This document shows positions 1-14,400 of a stretch of DNA of 64,000 nt, piece after piece (position 1 is the stretch's first letter; the number at the start of each line of letters is the position of its first letter). Below the pieces are notes generated by a model that was not told the DNA's origin, did no database searches, and saw only the letters and a program-made list of their open reading frames with translations. The translations under genes were made by a program, and so were the position numbers. The DNA lies in the NCBI GenBank assembly GCA_964016885.1, contig OZ024758.1, positions 33,852,001-33,916,000 on the forward strand, read 5' to 3'. The DNA comes from Eledone cirrhosa (Eukaryota).

Positions 1-3000
1 TGTTGGTGAGAATTCATTTAAGTCATGGTATTAGCTGTCAGAAGTAACTCCATTGTTGGTGAGAATTCATTTAAGTCATGGCACTAGCTGTCAGCAGTAA
101 CTCCACTGTTGGTGAGAATTCATTTAAGTTCATGGTATTAGCTGTCAGAAGGAACTCCACTGTTGGTGAGAATTCATTTAAGTTCATGGTACTAGCTGTC
201 AGAAGTAACTCCACTGTTTGTGAGAACTTATTTAAGTTCATGGTATTAGTTTGTCAGAAGTAACTCCACTGTTGGTGAGAATTCATTTAAGTCATGGTAT
301 TAGTTGTCAGAAGTAACTCCAATGTTGGTGAGAATTCATTTAAGTCATGGTACTAGCTGTCAGAAGTAACTCCAATGTTGGTGAGAATTCATTTAAGTTC
401 ATGGTATTAGCTGTCAGAAGGAACTCCACTGTTGGTGAGAATTCATTTAAGTTCATGGTATTAGCTGTCAGAAGTAACTCCACTGTTGGTGAGAATTCAT
501 TTAAGTTCATGGTACTAGCTGTCAGAAGTAACTCCACTGTTGGTGAGAATTCATTTAAGTCATGGTATTAGCTGTCAGAAGTAACTCCAATGTTGGTGAG
601 AATTCATTTAAGTTCATGGTATTAGCTGTCAGAAGTAACTCCACTGTTTGTGAGAATTCATTTAAGTTCATGGTATTAGCTGTCAGAAGTAACTCCACTG
701 TTGGTGAGAATTCATTTAAGTTCATGTTACTAGCTGTCAGAAGTAACTCCACTGTTGGTGAGAATTCATTTAAGCTCATGGTATTAGCTGTCAGAAGTAA
801 CTCCACTGTTGGTGAGAATTCATTTAAGTTCATGGTATTAGCTGTCAGAAGTAACTCCACTGTTGGTGAGAATTCATTTAAGTTCATGGTACTAGCTGTC
901 AGAAGTAACTCCACTGTTGGTGAGAATTCATTTAAGTTCATGGTAATAGTTTGTCAGAAGTAACTCCACTGTTGGTGAGAATTCATTTAAGTCATGGTAT
1001 TAGTTGTCAGAAGTAACTCCAATGTTGGTGAGAATTCATTTAAGTTCATGGTACTAGCTGTCAGAAGTAACTCCACTGTTGGTGAGAATTCATTTAAGTT
1101 CATGGTATTAGCTGTCAGAAGTAACTCCACTGTTGGTGCGAATTCATTTAAGTCATGGTATTAGCTGTCAGAAGTAACTCCATTGTTGGTGAGAATTCAT
1201 TTAAGTCATGGTACTAGCTGTCAGAAGTAACTCCACTGTTGGTGAGAATTCATTTAAGTTCATGGTATTAGTTTGTCAGAAGTAACTCCACTGTTGGTGA
1301 GAATTCATTTAAGTCATGGTATTAGTTGTCAGAAGTAACTCCAATGTTGGTGAGAATTCATTTAAGTTCATGGTACTAGCTGTCAGAAGTAACTCCATTG
1401 TTGGTGAGAATTCATTTAAGTTCATGGTACTAGCTGTCAGAAGTAACTCCACTGTTGGTGAGAATTCATTTAAGTTCATGGTATTAGTTTGTCAGAAGTA
1501 ACTCCACTGTTGGTGAGAATTCATTTAAGTCATGGTATTAGTTGTCAGAAGTAACTCCAATGTTGGTGAGAATTCATTTAAGTCATGGTACTAGCTGTCA
1601 GAAGTAACTCCAATGTTGGTGAGAATTCATTTAAGTTCATGGTATTAGCTGTCAGAAGGAACTCCACTGTTGGTGAAAATTCATTTAAGTTCATGGTATT
1701 AGCTGTCAGAAGTAACTCCACTGTTGGTGAGAATTCATTTAAGTTCATGGTACTAGCTGTCAGAAGTAACTCCAATGTTGGTGAGAATTCATTTAAGTTC
1801 ATGGTATTAGCTGTCAGAAGTAACTCCACTGTTGGTGAGAATTCATTTAAGTTCATGGTATTAGCTGTCAGAAGTAACTCCAATGTTGGTGAGAATTCAT
1901 TTAAGTTCATGGTATTAGCTGTCAGAAGTAACTCCACTGTTGGTGAGAATTCATTTAAGTTCATGGTATTAGCTGTCAGAAGTAACTCCACTGTTGGTGA
2001 GAATTCATTTAAGGCATGGTATTAGCTGTCAGAAGTAACTCCATTGTTGGTGAGAATTCATTTAAGTCATGGTACTAGCTATCAGAAGTAACTCCACTGT
2101 TGGTGAGAATTCATTTAAGTTCATAGTACTAGCTGTCAGAAGTAACTCCACTGTTGGTGAGAATTCATTTAAGTTCATGGTACTAGCTGTCAGAAGTAAC
2201 TCCACTGTTTGTGAGAATTCATTTAAGTTCATGGTACTAGCTGTCATAAGTAACTCCACTGTTGGTGAGAATTCATTTAAGTTCATGGTATTAGCTGTCA
2301 GAAGTCACTCCAATGTTGGTGAGAATTCATTTAAGTTCATGGTATTAGCTGTCAGAAGTCACTCCACTGTTGGTGAGAATTCATTTAAGTTCATGGTACT
2401 AGCTGTCAGAAGTAACCCCAATGTTGGTGAGAATTCATTTAAGTTCATGGTATTAGCTGTCAGAAGTAACTCCACTGTTGGTGAGAATTCATTTAAGTTC
2501 ATGGTATTAGCTGTCAGAAGTAACTCCACTGTTGGTGAGAATTCATTTAAGTTCATGGTATTAGCTGTCAGAAGAAACTCCACTGTTGGTGAGAATTCAT
2601 TTAAGTTCATGGTATTAGCTGTCAGAAGTTACTCCAATGTTGGTGAGAAATCATTTAAGTCATGGTACTAGCTGTCAGAAGTAACTCCACTGTTGGTGAG
2701 AATTCATTTAAGTTCATGGTATTAGCTGTCAGAAGGAACGCCACTGTTGGTGAGAATTCATTTAAGTTCATGGTATTAGCTGTCAGAAGTAACTCCACTG
2801 TTGGTGAGAATTCATTTAAGTTCATGGTACTAGCTGTCAGAAGTAACTCCAATGTTGGTGAGAATTCATTTAAGTCATGGTATTAGCTGTCAGAAGTAAC
2901 TCCATTGTTGGTGAGAATTCATTTAAGTCATGGCACTAGCTGTCAGAAGTAACTCCACTGTTGGTGAGAATTCATTTAAGTTCATGGTATTAGCTGTCAG

Positions 3001-3620
3001 AAGGAACTCCACTGTTGGTGAGAATTCATTTAAGTTCATGGTACTAGCTGTCAGAAGTAACTCCACTGTTTGTGAGAACTTATTTAAGTTCATGGTATTA
3101 GTTTGTCAGAAGTAACTCCACTGTTGGTGAGAATTCATTTAAGTCATGGTATTAGTTGTCAGAAGTAACTCCAATGTTGGTGAGAATTCATTTAAGTCAT
3201 GGTACTAGCTGTCAGAAGTAACTCCAATGTTGGTGAGAATTCATTTAAGTTCATGGTATTAGCTGTCAGAAGGAACTCCACTGTTGGTGAGAATTCATTT
3301 AAGTTCATGGTATTAGCTGTCAGAAGTAACTCCACTGTTGGTGAGAATTCATTTAAATTCATGGTACTAGCTGTCAGAAGTAACTCCACTGTTGGTGAGA
3401 ATTCATTTAAGTCATGGTATTAGCTGTCAGAAGTAACTCCAATGTTGGTGAGAATTCATTTAAGTTCATGGTATTAGCTGTCAGAAGTAACTCCACTGTT
3501 TGTGAGAATTCATTTAAGTTCATGGTATTAGCTGTCAGAAGTAACTCCACTGTTGGTGAGAATTCATTTAAGTTCATGTTACTAGCTGTCAGAAGTAACT
3601 CCACTGTTGGTGAGAATTCA
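1..3620. repeat. Block duplication, offset 2852 bp (53 monomers): ~1-770 copied at ~2853-3620
   Basis: Rare variants occur in the same order: ATGGCACTA (78/2930), GTTTGTGAGAACTTA, a second GTTTGTGAG, and ATGTTACTA. ORF starts 78/2930, 347/3199 and 562/3414 all differ by 2852. Boundaries are approximate. Confidence 0.85.
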
Positions 3621-4380
3621 TTTAAGTTCATGGTATTAGCTGTCAGAAGTTACTCCAATGTTGGTGAGAAATCATTTAAGTCATGGTACTAGCTGTCAGA
3701 AGTAACTCCACTGTTGGTGAGAATTCATTTAAGTTCATGGTATTAGCTGTCAGAAGGAACGCCACTGTTGGTGAGAATTCATTTAAGTTCATGGTATTAG
3801 CTGTCAGAAGTAACTCCACTGTTGGTGAGAATTCATTTAAGTTCATGGTACTAGCTGTCAGAAGTAACTCCAATGTTGGTGAGAATTCATTTAAGTCATG
3901 GTATTAGCTGTCAGAAGTAACTCCATTGTTGGTGAGAATTCATTTAAGTCATGGCACTAGCTGTCAGAAGTAACTCCACTGTTGGTGAGAATTCATTTAA
4001 GTTCATGGTATTAGCTGTCAGAAGGAACTCCACTGTTGGTGAGAATTCATTTAAGTTCATGGTACTAGCTGTCAGAAGTAACTCCACTGTTTGTGAGAAC
4101 TTATTTAAGTTCATGGTATTAGTTTGTCAGAAGTAACTCCACTGTTGGTGAGAATTCATTTAAGTCATGGTATTAGTTGTCAGAAGTAACTCCAATGTTG
4201 GTGAGAATTCATTTAAGTCATGGTACTAGCTGTCAGAAGTAACTCCAATGTTGGTGAGAATTCATTTAAGTTCATGGTATTAGCTGTCAGAAGGAACTCC
4301 ACTGTTGGTGAGAATTCATTTAAGTTCATGGTATTAGCTGTCAGAAGTAACTCCACTGTTGGTGAGAATTCATTTAAGTT
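2610..4380. repeat. Block duplication, offset 1021 bp (19 monomers): ~2610-3360 and ~3631-4380
   Basis: The private monomer AGTTACTCCAATGTTGGTGAGAAATCA occurs at ~2627 and ~3648. ORFs 2662/3683, 2930/3951 and 3199/4220 are offset by 1021. Confidence 0.85.
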
Positions 4381-7300
4381 CATGGTATTAGCTGTCAGAA
4401 GTAACTCCACTGTTGGTGAGAATTCATTTAAGTTCATGGTACTAGCTGTCAGAAGTAACTCCACTGTTGGTGAGAATTCATTTAAGTTCATGGTAATAGT
4501 TTGTCAGAAGTAACTCCACTGTTGGTGAGAATTCATTTAAGTCATGGTATTAGTTGTCAGAAGTAACTCCAATGTTGGTGAGAATTCATTTAAGTTCATG
4601 GTACTAGCTGTCAGAAGTAACTCCACTGTTGGTGAGAATTCATTTAAGTTCATGGTATTAGCTGTCAGAAGTAACTCCACTGTTGGTGAGAATTCATTTA
4701 AGTCATGGTATTAGCTGTCAGAAGTAACTCCACTGTTGGTGAGAATTCATTTAAGTTCATGGTACTAGCTGTCAGAAGTAACTCCACTGTTGGTGAGAAT
4801 TCATTTAAGTTCATGGTACTAGCTGTCAGAAGTAACTCCACTGTTGGTGAGAATTCATTTAAGTTCATGGTACTAGCTGTCAGAAGTAACTCCACTGTTG
4901 GTGAGAATTCATTTAAGTTCATGGTACTAGCTGTCAGAAGTAACTCCAATGTTGGTGAGAATTCATTTAAGTTCATGGTATTAGCTGTCAGAAGTAACTC
5001 CACTGTTGGTGAGAATTCATTTAAGTTCATGGTACTAGCTGTCAGAAGTAACTCCACTGTTGGTGAGAATTCATTTAAGTTCATGGTATTAGCTGTCAGA
5101 AGTCACTCCAATGTTGATGAGAATTCATTTAAGTTCATGGTATTAGCTGTCAGAAGTCACTCCACTGTTGGTGAGAATTCATTTAAGTTCATGGTACTAG
5201 CTGTCAGAAGTAACCCCAATGTTGGTGAGAATTCATTTAAGTTCATGGTATTAGCTGTCAGAAGTCACTCCAATGTTGGTGAGAATTCATTTAAGTTCAT
5301 GGTATTAGCTGTCAGAAGTAACTCCACTGTTGGTGAGAATTCATTTAAGTTCATGGTATTAGCTGTCAGAAGTAACTCCACTGTTGGTGAGAATTCATTT
5401 AAGTTCATGGTATTAGCTGTCAGAAGTAACTCCACTGTTGGTGAGAATTCATTTAAGTTCATGGTATTAGCTGTCAGAAGGAACTCCAATGTTGGTGAGA
5501 ATTCATTTAAGTCATGGTACTAGCTGTCAGAAGTAACTCCACTGTTGGTGAGAATTCATTTAAGTTCATGGTATTAGCTGTCAGAAGGAACACCACTGTT
5601 GGTGAGAATTCATTTAAGTTCATGGTATTAGCTGTCAGAAGTAACTCCACTGTTGGTGAGAATTCATTTAAGTTCATGGTACTAGCTGTCAGAAGTAACT
5701 CCAATGTTGGTGACAATTCATTTAAGTTCATGGTATTAGCTGTCAGAAGGAACTCCACTGTTGGTGAGAATTCATTTAAGTTCATGGTATTAGCTGTCAG
5801 AAGTAACTCCACTGTTGGTGAGAATTCATTTATGTTCATGGTACTAGTTGTCAGAAGTAACTCCACTGTTGGTGAGAATATATTTAAGTTCATGGTATTA
5901 GTTGTCAGAAGTAACTCCACTGTTGGTGAGAATTCATTTAAGTCATGGTATTAGTTGTCAGAAGTAACTCCAATGTTGGTGAGAATTCATTTAAGTTCAT
6001 GGTACTAGCTGTCAGAAGTAACTCCACTGTTGGTGAGAATTCATTTAAGTTCATGGTATTAGCTGTCAGTAGTAACTCCACTGTTGGTGAGAATTCATTT
6101 AAGTCATGGTATTAGCTGTCAGAAGTAACTCCATTGTTGGTGAGAATTCATTTAAGTCATGGTACTAACTGTCAGAAGTAACTCCACTGTTGGTGAGAAT
6201 TCATTTAAGTTCATGGTATTAGCTGTCAGAAGTAACTCCACTGTTGGTGAGAATTCATTTAAGTTCATGGTATTAGTTTGTCAGAAGTAACTCCACTGTT
6301 GGTGAGAATTCATTTAAGTCATGGTATTAGTTGTCAGAAGTAACTCCAATGTTGGTGAGAATTCATTTAAGTCATGGTACTAGCTGTCAGAAGTAACTCC
6401 AATGTTGGTGAGAATTCATTTAAGTTCATGGTATTAGCTGTCAGAAGGAACTCCACTGTTGGTGAGAATTCATTTAAGTTCATGGTATTAGCTGTCAGAA
6501 GTAACTCCACTGTTGGTGAGAATTCATTTAAGTTCATGGTACTAGCTGTCAGAAGTAACTCCAATGTTGGTGAGAATTCATTTAAGTTCATGGTATTAGC
6601 TGTCAGAAGTAACTCCACTGTTGGTGAGAATTCATTTAAGTTCATGGTATTAGCTGTCAGAAGGAACTCCACTGTTGGTGAGAATTCATTTAAGTTCATG
6701 GTACTAGCTGTCAGAAGTAACTCCACTGTTGGTGAGAATTCATTTAAGTCATGGTATTAGCTGTCAGAAGTAACTCCAATGTTGGTGAGAATTCATTTAA
6801 GTTCATGGTATTAGCTGTCAGAAGTAACTCCACTGTTGGTGAGAATTCATTTAAGTTCATGGTATTAGCTGTCAGAAGTAACTCCACTGTTGGTGAGAAT
6901 TCATTTAAGTTCATGTTACTAGCTGTCAGAAGTAACTCCACTGTTGGTGAGAATTCATTTAAGTTCATGGTATTAGCTGTCAGAAGTAACTCCAATGTTG
7001 GTGAGAATTCATTTAAGTTCATGGTATTAGCTGTCAGAAGTAACTCCACTGTTGGTGAGAATTCATTTAAGTTCATGGTATTAGCTGTCAGAAGTAACTC
7101 CACTGTTGGTGAGAATTCATTTAAGTTCATGGTACTAGCTGTCAGAAGTAACTCCACTGTTGGTGAGAATTCATTTAAGTTCATGGTAATAGTTTGTCAG
7201 AAGTAACTCCACTGTTGGTGAGAATTCATTTAAGTCATGGTATTAGTTGTCAGAAGTAACTCCAATGTCGGTGAGAATTCATTTAAGTTCATGGTACTAG

Positions 7301-7669
7301 CTGTCAGAAGTAACTCCACTGTTGGTGAGAATTCATTTAAGTTCATGGTATTAGCTGTCAGAAGTAACTCCACTGTTGGTGAGAATTCATTTAAGTCATG
7401 GTATTAGCTGTCAGAAGTAACTCCATTGTTGGTGAAATTTCATTTAAGTCATGGTACTAGCTGTCAGAAGTAACTCCACTGTTGGTGAGAATTCATTTAA
7501 GTTCATGGTACTAGCTGTCAGAAGTAACTCCACTGTTGGTGAGAATTCATTTAAGTTCATGGTACTAGCTGTCAGAAGTAACTCCACTGTTGGTGAGAAT
7601 TCATTTAAGTTCATCGTACTAGCTGTCAGAAGTAACTCCAATGTTGGTGAGAATTCATTTAAGTTCATG

Positions 7670-10600
7670 GTATTAGCTGTCATAAGTAACTCCACTGTTG
7701 GTGAGAATTCATTTAAGTTCATGGTACTAGCTGTCAGAAGTAACTCCACTGTTGGTGAGAATTCATTTAAGTTCATGGTATTAGCTGTCAGAAGTCACTC
7801 CAATGTTGGTGAGAATTCATTTAAGTTCATGGTATTAGCTGTCAGAAGTCACTCCACTGTTGGTGAGAATTCATTTAAGTTCATGGTACTAGCTGTCAGA
7901 AGTAACCCCAATGTTGGTGAGAATTCATTTAAGTTCATGGTATTAGCTGTCAGAAGTCACTCCAATGTTGGTGAGAATTCATTTAAGTTCATGGTATTAG
8001 CTGTCAGAAGTAACTCCACTGTTGGTGAGAATTCATTTAAGTTCATGGTATTAGCTGTCAGAAGTAACTCCACTGTTGGTGAGAATTCATTTAAGTTCAT
8101 GGTATTAGCTGTCAGAAGTAACTCCACTGTTGGTGAGAATTCATTTAAGTTCATGGTATTAGCTGTCAGAAGGAACTCCAATGTTGGTGAGAATTCATTT
8201 AAGTCATGGTACTAGCTGTCAGAAGTAACTCCACTGTTGGTGAGAATTCATTTAAGTTCATGGTATTAGCTGTCAGAAGGAACGCCACTGTTGGTGAGAA
8301 TTCATTTAAGTTCATGGTATTAGCTGTCAGAAGTAACTCCACTGTTGGTGAGAATTCATTTAAGTTCATGGTACTAGCTGTCAGAAGTAATTCCAATGTT
8401 GGTGAGAATTCATTTAAGTTCATGGTATTAGCTGTCAGAAGGAACTCCACTGTTGGTGAGAATTCATTTAAGTTCATGGTATTAGCTGTCAGAAGTAACT
8501 CCACTGTTGGTGAGAATTCATTTAAGTTCATGGTACTAGCTGTCAGAAGTAACTCCACTGTTGGTGATAATTCATTTAAGTTCATGGTAATAGTTTGTCA
8601 GAAGTAACTCCACTGTTGGTGAGAATTCATTTAAGTCATGGTATTAGTTGTCAGAAGTAACTCCAATGTTGGTGAGAATTCATTTAAGTTCATGGTACTA
8701 GCTGTCAGAAGTAACTCCACTGTTGGTGAGAATTCATTTAAGTTCATGGTATTAGCTGTCAGAAGTAACTCCACTGTTGGTGAGAATTCATTTAAGTCAT
8801 GGTATTAGCTGTCAGAAGTAACTCCATTGTTGGTGAGATTTCATTTAAGTCATGGTACTAGCTGTCAGAAGTAACTCCACTGTTGGTGAGAATTCATTTA
8901 AGTTCATGGTACTAGCTGTCAGAAGTAACTCCACTGTTGGTGAGAATTCATTTAAGTTCATGGTACTAGCTGTCAGAAGTAACTCCACTGTTGGTGAGAA
9001 TTCATTTAAGTTCATGGTACTAGCTGTCAGAAGTAACTCCACTGTTGGTGAGAATTCATTTAAGTTCATGTTACTAGCTGTCAGAAGTAACTCCACTGTT
9101 GGTGAGAATTCATTTAAGTTCATGGTATTAGCTGTCAGAAGTAACTCCAATGTTGGTGAGAATTCATTTAAGTTCATGGTATTAGCTGTCAGAAGTAACT
9201 CCACTGTTGGTGAGAATTCATTTAAGTTCATGGTATTAGCTGTCAGAAGTAACTCCACTGTTGGTGAGAATTCATTTAAGTTCATGGTACTAGCTGTCAG
9301 AAGTAACTCCACTGTTGGTGAGAATTCATTTAAGTTCATGGTAATAGTTTGTCAGAAGTAACTCCACTGTTGGTGAGAATTCATTTAAGTCATGGTATTA
9401 GTTGTCAGAAGTAACTCCAATGTCGGTGAGAATTCATTTAAGTTCATGGTACTAGCTGTCAGAAGTAACTCCACTGTTGGTGAGAGTTCATTTAAGTTCA
9501 TGGTATTAGCTGTCAGAAGTAACTCCACTGTTGGTGAGAGTTCATTTAAGTTCATGGTATTAGCTGTCATAAGTAACTCCACTGTTGGTGAGAATTCATT
9601 TAAGTTCATGGTACTAGCTGTCAGAAGTAACTCCACTGTTGGTGAGAATTCATTTAAGTTCATGGTATTAGCTGTCAGAAGTCACTCCAATGTTGGTGAG
9701 AATTCATTTAAGTTCATGGTATTAGCTGTCAGAAGTCACTCCACTGTTGGTGAGAATTCATTTAAGTTCATGGTACTAGCTGTCAGAAGTAACCCCAATG
9801 TTGGTGAGAATTCATTTAAGTTCATGGTATTAGCTGTCAGAAGTCACTCCAATGTTGGTGAGAATTCATTTAAGTTCATGGTATTAGCTGTCAGAAGTAA
9901 CTCCACTGTTGGTGAGAATTCATTTAAGTTCATGGTATTAGCTGTCAGAAGTAACTCCACTGTTGGTGAGAATTCATTTAAGTTCATGGTATTAGCTGTC
10001 AGAAGTAACTCCACTGTTGGTGAGAATTCATTTAAGTTCATGGTATTAGCTGTCAGAAGGAACTCCAATGTTGGTGAGAATTCATTTAAGTCATGGTACT
10101 AGCTGTCAGAAGTAACTCCACTGTTGGTGAGAATTCATTTAAGTTCATGGTATTAGCTGTCAGAAGGAACGCCACTGTTGGTGAGAATTCATTTAAGTTC
10201 ATGGTATTAGCTGTCAGAAGTAACTCCACTGTTGGTGAGAATTCATTTAAGTTCATGGTACTAGCTGTCAGAAGTAATTCCAATGTTGGTGAGAATTCAT
10301 TTAAGTTCATGGTATTAGCTGTCAGAAGGAACTCCACTGTTGGTGAGAATTCATTTAAGTTCATGGTATTAGCTGTCAGAAGTAACTCCACTGTTGGTGA
10401 GAATTCATTTAAGTTCATGGTACTAGCTGTCAGAAGTAACTCCACTGTTGGTGATAATTCATTTAAGTTCATGGTAATAGTTTGTCAGAAGTAACTCCAC
10501 TGTTGGTGAGAATTCATTTAAGTCATGGTATTAGTTGTCAGAAGTAACTCCAATGTTGGTGAGAATTCATTTAAGTTCATGGTACTAGCTGTCAGAAGTA

Positions 10601-11420
10601 ACTCCACTGTTGGTGAGAATTCATTTAAGTTCATGGTATTAGCTGTCAGAAGTAACTCCACTGTTGGTGAGAATTCATTTAAGTCATGGTATTAGCTGTC
10701 AGAAGTAACTCCATTGTTGGTGAGATTTCATTTAAGTCATGGTACTAGCTGTCAGAAGTAACTCCACTGTTGGTGAGAATTCATTTAAGTTCATGGTACT
10801 AGCTGTCAGAAGTAACTCCACTGTTGGTGAGAATTCATTTAAGTTCATGGTACTAGCTGTCAGAAGTAACTCCACTGTTGGTGAGAATTCATTTAAGTTC
10901 ATGGTACTAGCTGTCAGAAGTAACTCCACTGTTGGTGAGAATTCATTTAAGTTCATGTTACTAGCTGTCAGAAGTAACTCCACTGTTGGTGAGAATTCAT
11001 TTAAGTTCATGGTATTAGCTGTCAGAAGTAACTCCAATGTTGGTGAGAATTCATTTAAGTTCATGGTATTAGCTGTCAGAAGTAACTCCACTGTTGGTGA
11101 GAATTCATTTAAGTTCATGGTATTAGCTGTCAGAAGTAACTCCACTGTTGGTGAGAATTCATTTAAGTTCATGGTACTAGCTGTCAGAAGTAACTCCACT
11201 GTTGGTGAGAATTCATTTAAGTTCATGGTAATAGTTTGTCAGAAGTAACTCCACTGTTGGTGAGAATTCATTTAAGTCATGATATTAGTTGTCAGAAGTA
11301 ACTCCAATGTCGGTGAGAATTCATTTAAGTTCATGGTACTAGCTGTCAGAAGTAACTCCACTGTTGGTGAGAGTTCATTTAAGTTCATGGTATTAGCTGT
11401 CAGAAGTAACTCCACTGTTG
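7670..11420. repeat. Tandem block duplication, period 1887 bp (35 monomers)
   Basis: GTCATAAG variant at 7681/9568. Identical ORF pairs 7957/9844, 8206/10093 and 8852/10739 are all offset by 1887. Confidence 0.88.
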
Positions 11421-14400
11421 GTGAGAATTCATTTAAGTCATGGTATTAGCTGTCAGAAGTAACTCCATTGTTGGTGAAATTTCATTTAAGTCATGGTACT
11501 AGCTGTCAGAAGTAACTCCACTGTTGGTGAGAATTCATTTAAGTTCATGGTACTAGCTGTCAGAAGTAACTCCACTGTTGGTGAGAATTCATTTAAGTTC
11601 ATGGTAGTAGCTGTCAGAAGTAACTCCACTGTTGGTGAGAATTCATTTAAGTTCATCGTACTAGCTGTCAGAAGTAACTCCAATGTTGGTGAGAATTCAT
11701 TTAAGTTCATGGTATTAGCTGTCATAAGTAACTCCACTGTTGGTGAGAATTCATTTAAGTTCATGGTACTAGCTGTCAGAAGTAACTCCACTGTTGGTGA
11801 GAATTCATTTAAGTTCATGGTATTAGCTGTCAGAAGTCACTCCAATGTTGGTGAGAATTCATTTAAGTTCATGGTATTAGCTGTCAGAAGTCACTCCACT
11901 GTTGGTGAGAATTCATTTAAGTTCATGGTACTAGCTGTCAGAAGTAACCCCAATGTTGGTGAGAATTCATTTAAGTTCATGGTATTAGCTGTCAGAAGTC
12001 ACTCCAATGTTGGTGAGAATTCATTTAAGTTCATGGTATTAGCTGTCAGAAGTAACTCCACTGTTGGTGAGAATTCATTTAAGTTCATGGTATTAGCTGT
12101 CAGAAGTAACTCCACTGTTGGTGAGAATTCATTTAAGTTCATGGTATTAGCTGTCAGAAGTAACTCCACTGTTGGTGAGAATTCATTTAAGTTCATGGTA
12201 TTAGCTGTCAGAAGGAACTCCAATGTTGGTGAGAATTCATTTAAGTCATGGTACTAGCTGTCAGAAGTAACTCCACTGTTGGTGAGAATTCATTTAAGTT
12301 CATGGTATTAGCTGTCAGAAGGAACGCCACTGTTGGTGAGAATTCATTTAAGTTCATGGTATTAGCTGTCAGAAGTAACTCCACTGTTGGTGAGAATTCA
12401 TTTAAGTTCATGGTACTAGCTGTCAGAAGTAATTCCAATGTTGGTGAGAATTCATTTAAGTTCATGGTATTAGCTGTCAGAAGGAACTCCACTGTTGGTG
12501 AGAATTCATTTAAGTTCATGGTATTAGCTGTCAGAAGTAACTCCACTGTTGGTGAGAATTCATTTAAGTTCATGGTATTAGCTGTCAGAAGTAACTCCAC
12601 TGTTGGTGAGAATTCATTTAAGTCATGGTATTAGCTGTCAGAAGTAACTCCATTGTTGGTGAGATTTCATTTAAGTCATGGTACTAGCTGTCAGAAGTAA
12701 CTCCACTGTTGGTGAGAATTCATTTAAGTTCATGGTACTAGCTGTCAGAAGTAACTCCACTGTTGGTGAGAATTCATTTAAGTTCATGGTACTAGCTGTC
12801 AGAAGTAACTCCACTGTTGGTGAGAATTCATTTAAGTTCATGGTACTAGCTGTCAGAAGTAACTCCACTGTTGGTGAGAATTCATTTAAGTTCATGGTAC
12901 TAGCTGTCAGAAGTAACTCCAATGTTGGTGAGAATTCATTTAAGTTCATGGTATTAGCTGTCAGAAGTAACTCCACTGTTGGTGAGAATTCATTTAAGTT
13001 CATGGTACTAGCTGTCAGAAGTAACTCCACTGTTGGTGAGAATTCATTTAAGTTCATGGTATTAGCTGTCAGAAGGAACACCACTGTTGGTGAGAATTCA
13101 TTTAAGTTCATGGTATTAGCTGTCAGAAGTAACTCCACTGTTGGTGAGAATTCTTTTAAGTTCATGGTACTAGCTGTCAGAAGTAACTCCAATGTTGGTG
13201 AGAATTCATTTAAGTTCATGGTATTAGCTGTCAGAAGGAACTCCACTGTTGGTGAGAATTCATTTATGTTCATGGTACTAGTTGTCAGAAGTAACTCCAC
13301 TGTTGGTGAGAATATATTTAAGTTCATGGTATTAGTTGTCAGAAGTAACTCCACTGTTGGTGAGAATTCATTTAAGTCATGGTATTAGTTGTCAGAAGTA
13401 ACTCCAATGTTGGTGAGAATTCATTTAAGTTCATGGTACTAGCTGTCAGAAGTAACTCCACTGTTGGTGAGAATTCATTTAAGTCATGGTACTAGCTGTC
13501 AGAAGTAACTCCACTGTTGGTGAGAATTCATTTAAGTTCATGGTATTAGCTGTCAGAAGGAACGCCACTGTTGGTGAGAATTCATTTAAGTTCATGGTAT
13601 TAGCTGTCAGAAGTAACTCCACTGTTGGTGAGAATTCATTTAAGTTCATGGTACTAGCTGTCAGAAGTAATTCCAATGTTGGTGAGAATTCATTTAAGTT
13701 CATGGTATTAGCTGTCAGAAGGAACTCCACTGTTGGTGAGAATTCATTTAAGTTCATGGTATTAGCTGTCAGAAGTAACTCCACTGTTGGTGAGAATTCA
13801 TTTAAGTTCATGGTATTAGCTGTCAGAAGTAACTCCACTGTTGGTGAGAATTCATTTAAGTCATGGTATTAGCTGTCAGAAGTAACTCCATTGTTGGTGA
13901 GATTTCATTTAAGTCATGGTACTAGCTGTCAGAAGTAACTCCACTGTTGGTGAGAATTCATTTAAGTTCATGGTACTAGCTGTCAGAAGTAACTCCACTG
14001 TTGGTGAGAATTCATTTAAGTTCATGGTACTAGCTGTCAGAAGTAACTCCACTGTTGGTGAGAATTCATTTAAGTTCATGGTACTAGCTGTCAGAAGTAA
14101 CTCCACTGTTGGTGAGAATTCATTTAAGTTCATGGTACTAGCTGTCAGAAGTAACTCCAATGTTGGTGAGAATTCATTTAAGTTCATGGTATTAGCTGTC
14201 AGAAGTAACTCCACTGTTGGTGAGAATTCATTTAAGTTCATGGTACTAGCTGTCAGAAGTAACTCCACTGTTGGTGAGAATTCATTTAAGTTCATGGTAT
14301 TAGCTGTCAGAAGGAACACCACTGTTGGTGAGAATTCATTTAAGTTCATGGTATTAGCTGTCAGAAGTAACTCCACTGTTGGTGAGAATTCTTTTAAGTT

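Noticed and set aside
6170-6182. TACTAAC branch-point motif and splice-like GT/AG signals (also ~14835, ~22107, ~62175)
   Set aside because: This is a single G>A variant of TACTAGC. There is no polypyrimidine tract or exon structure to support splicing.
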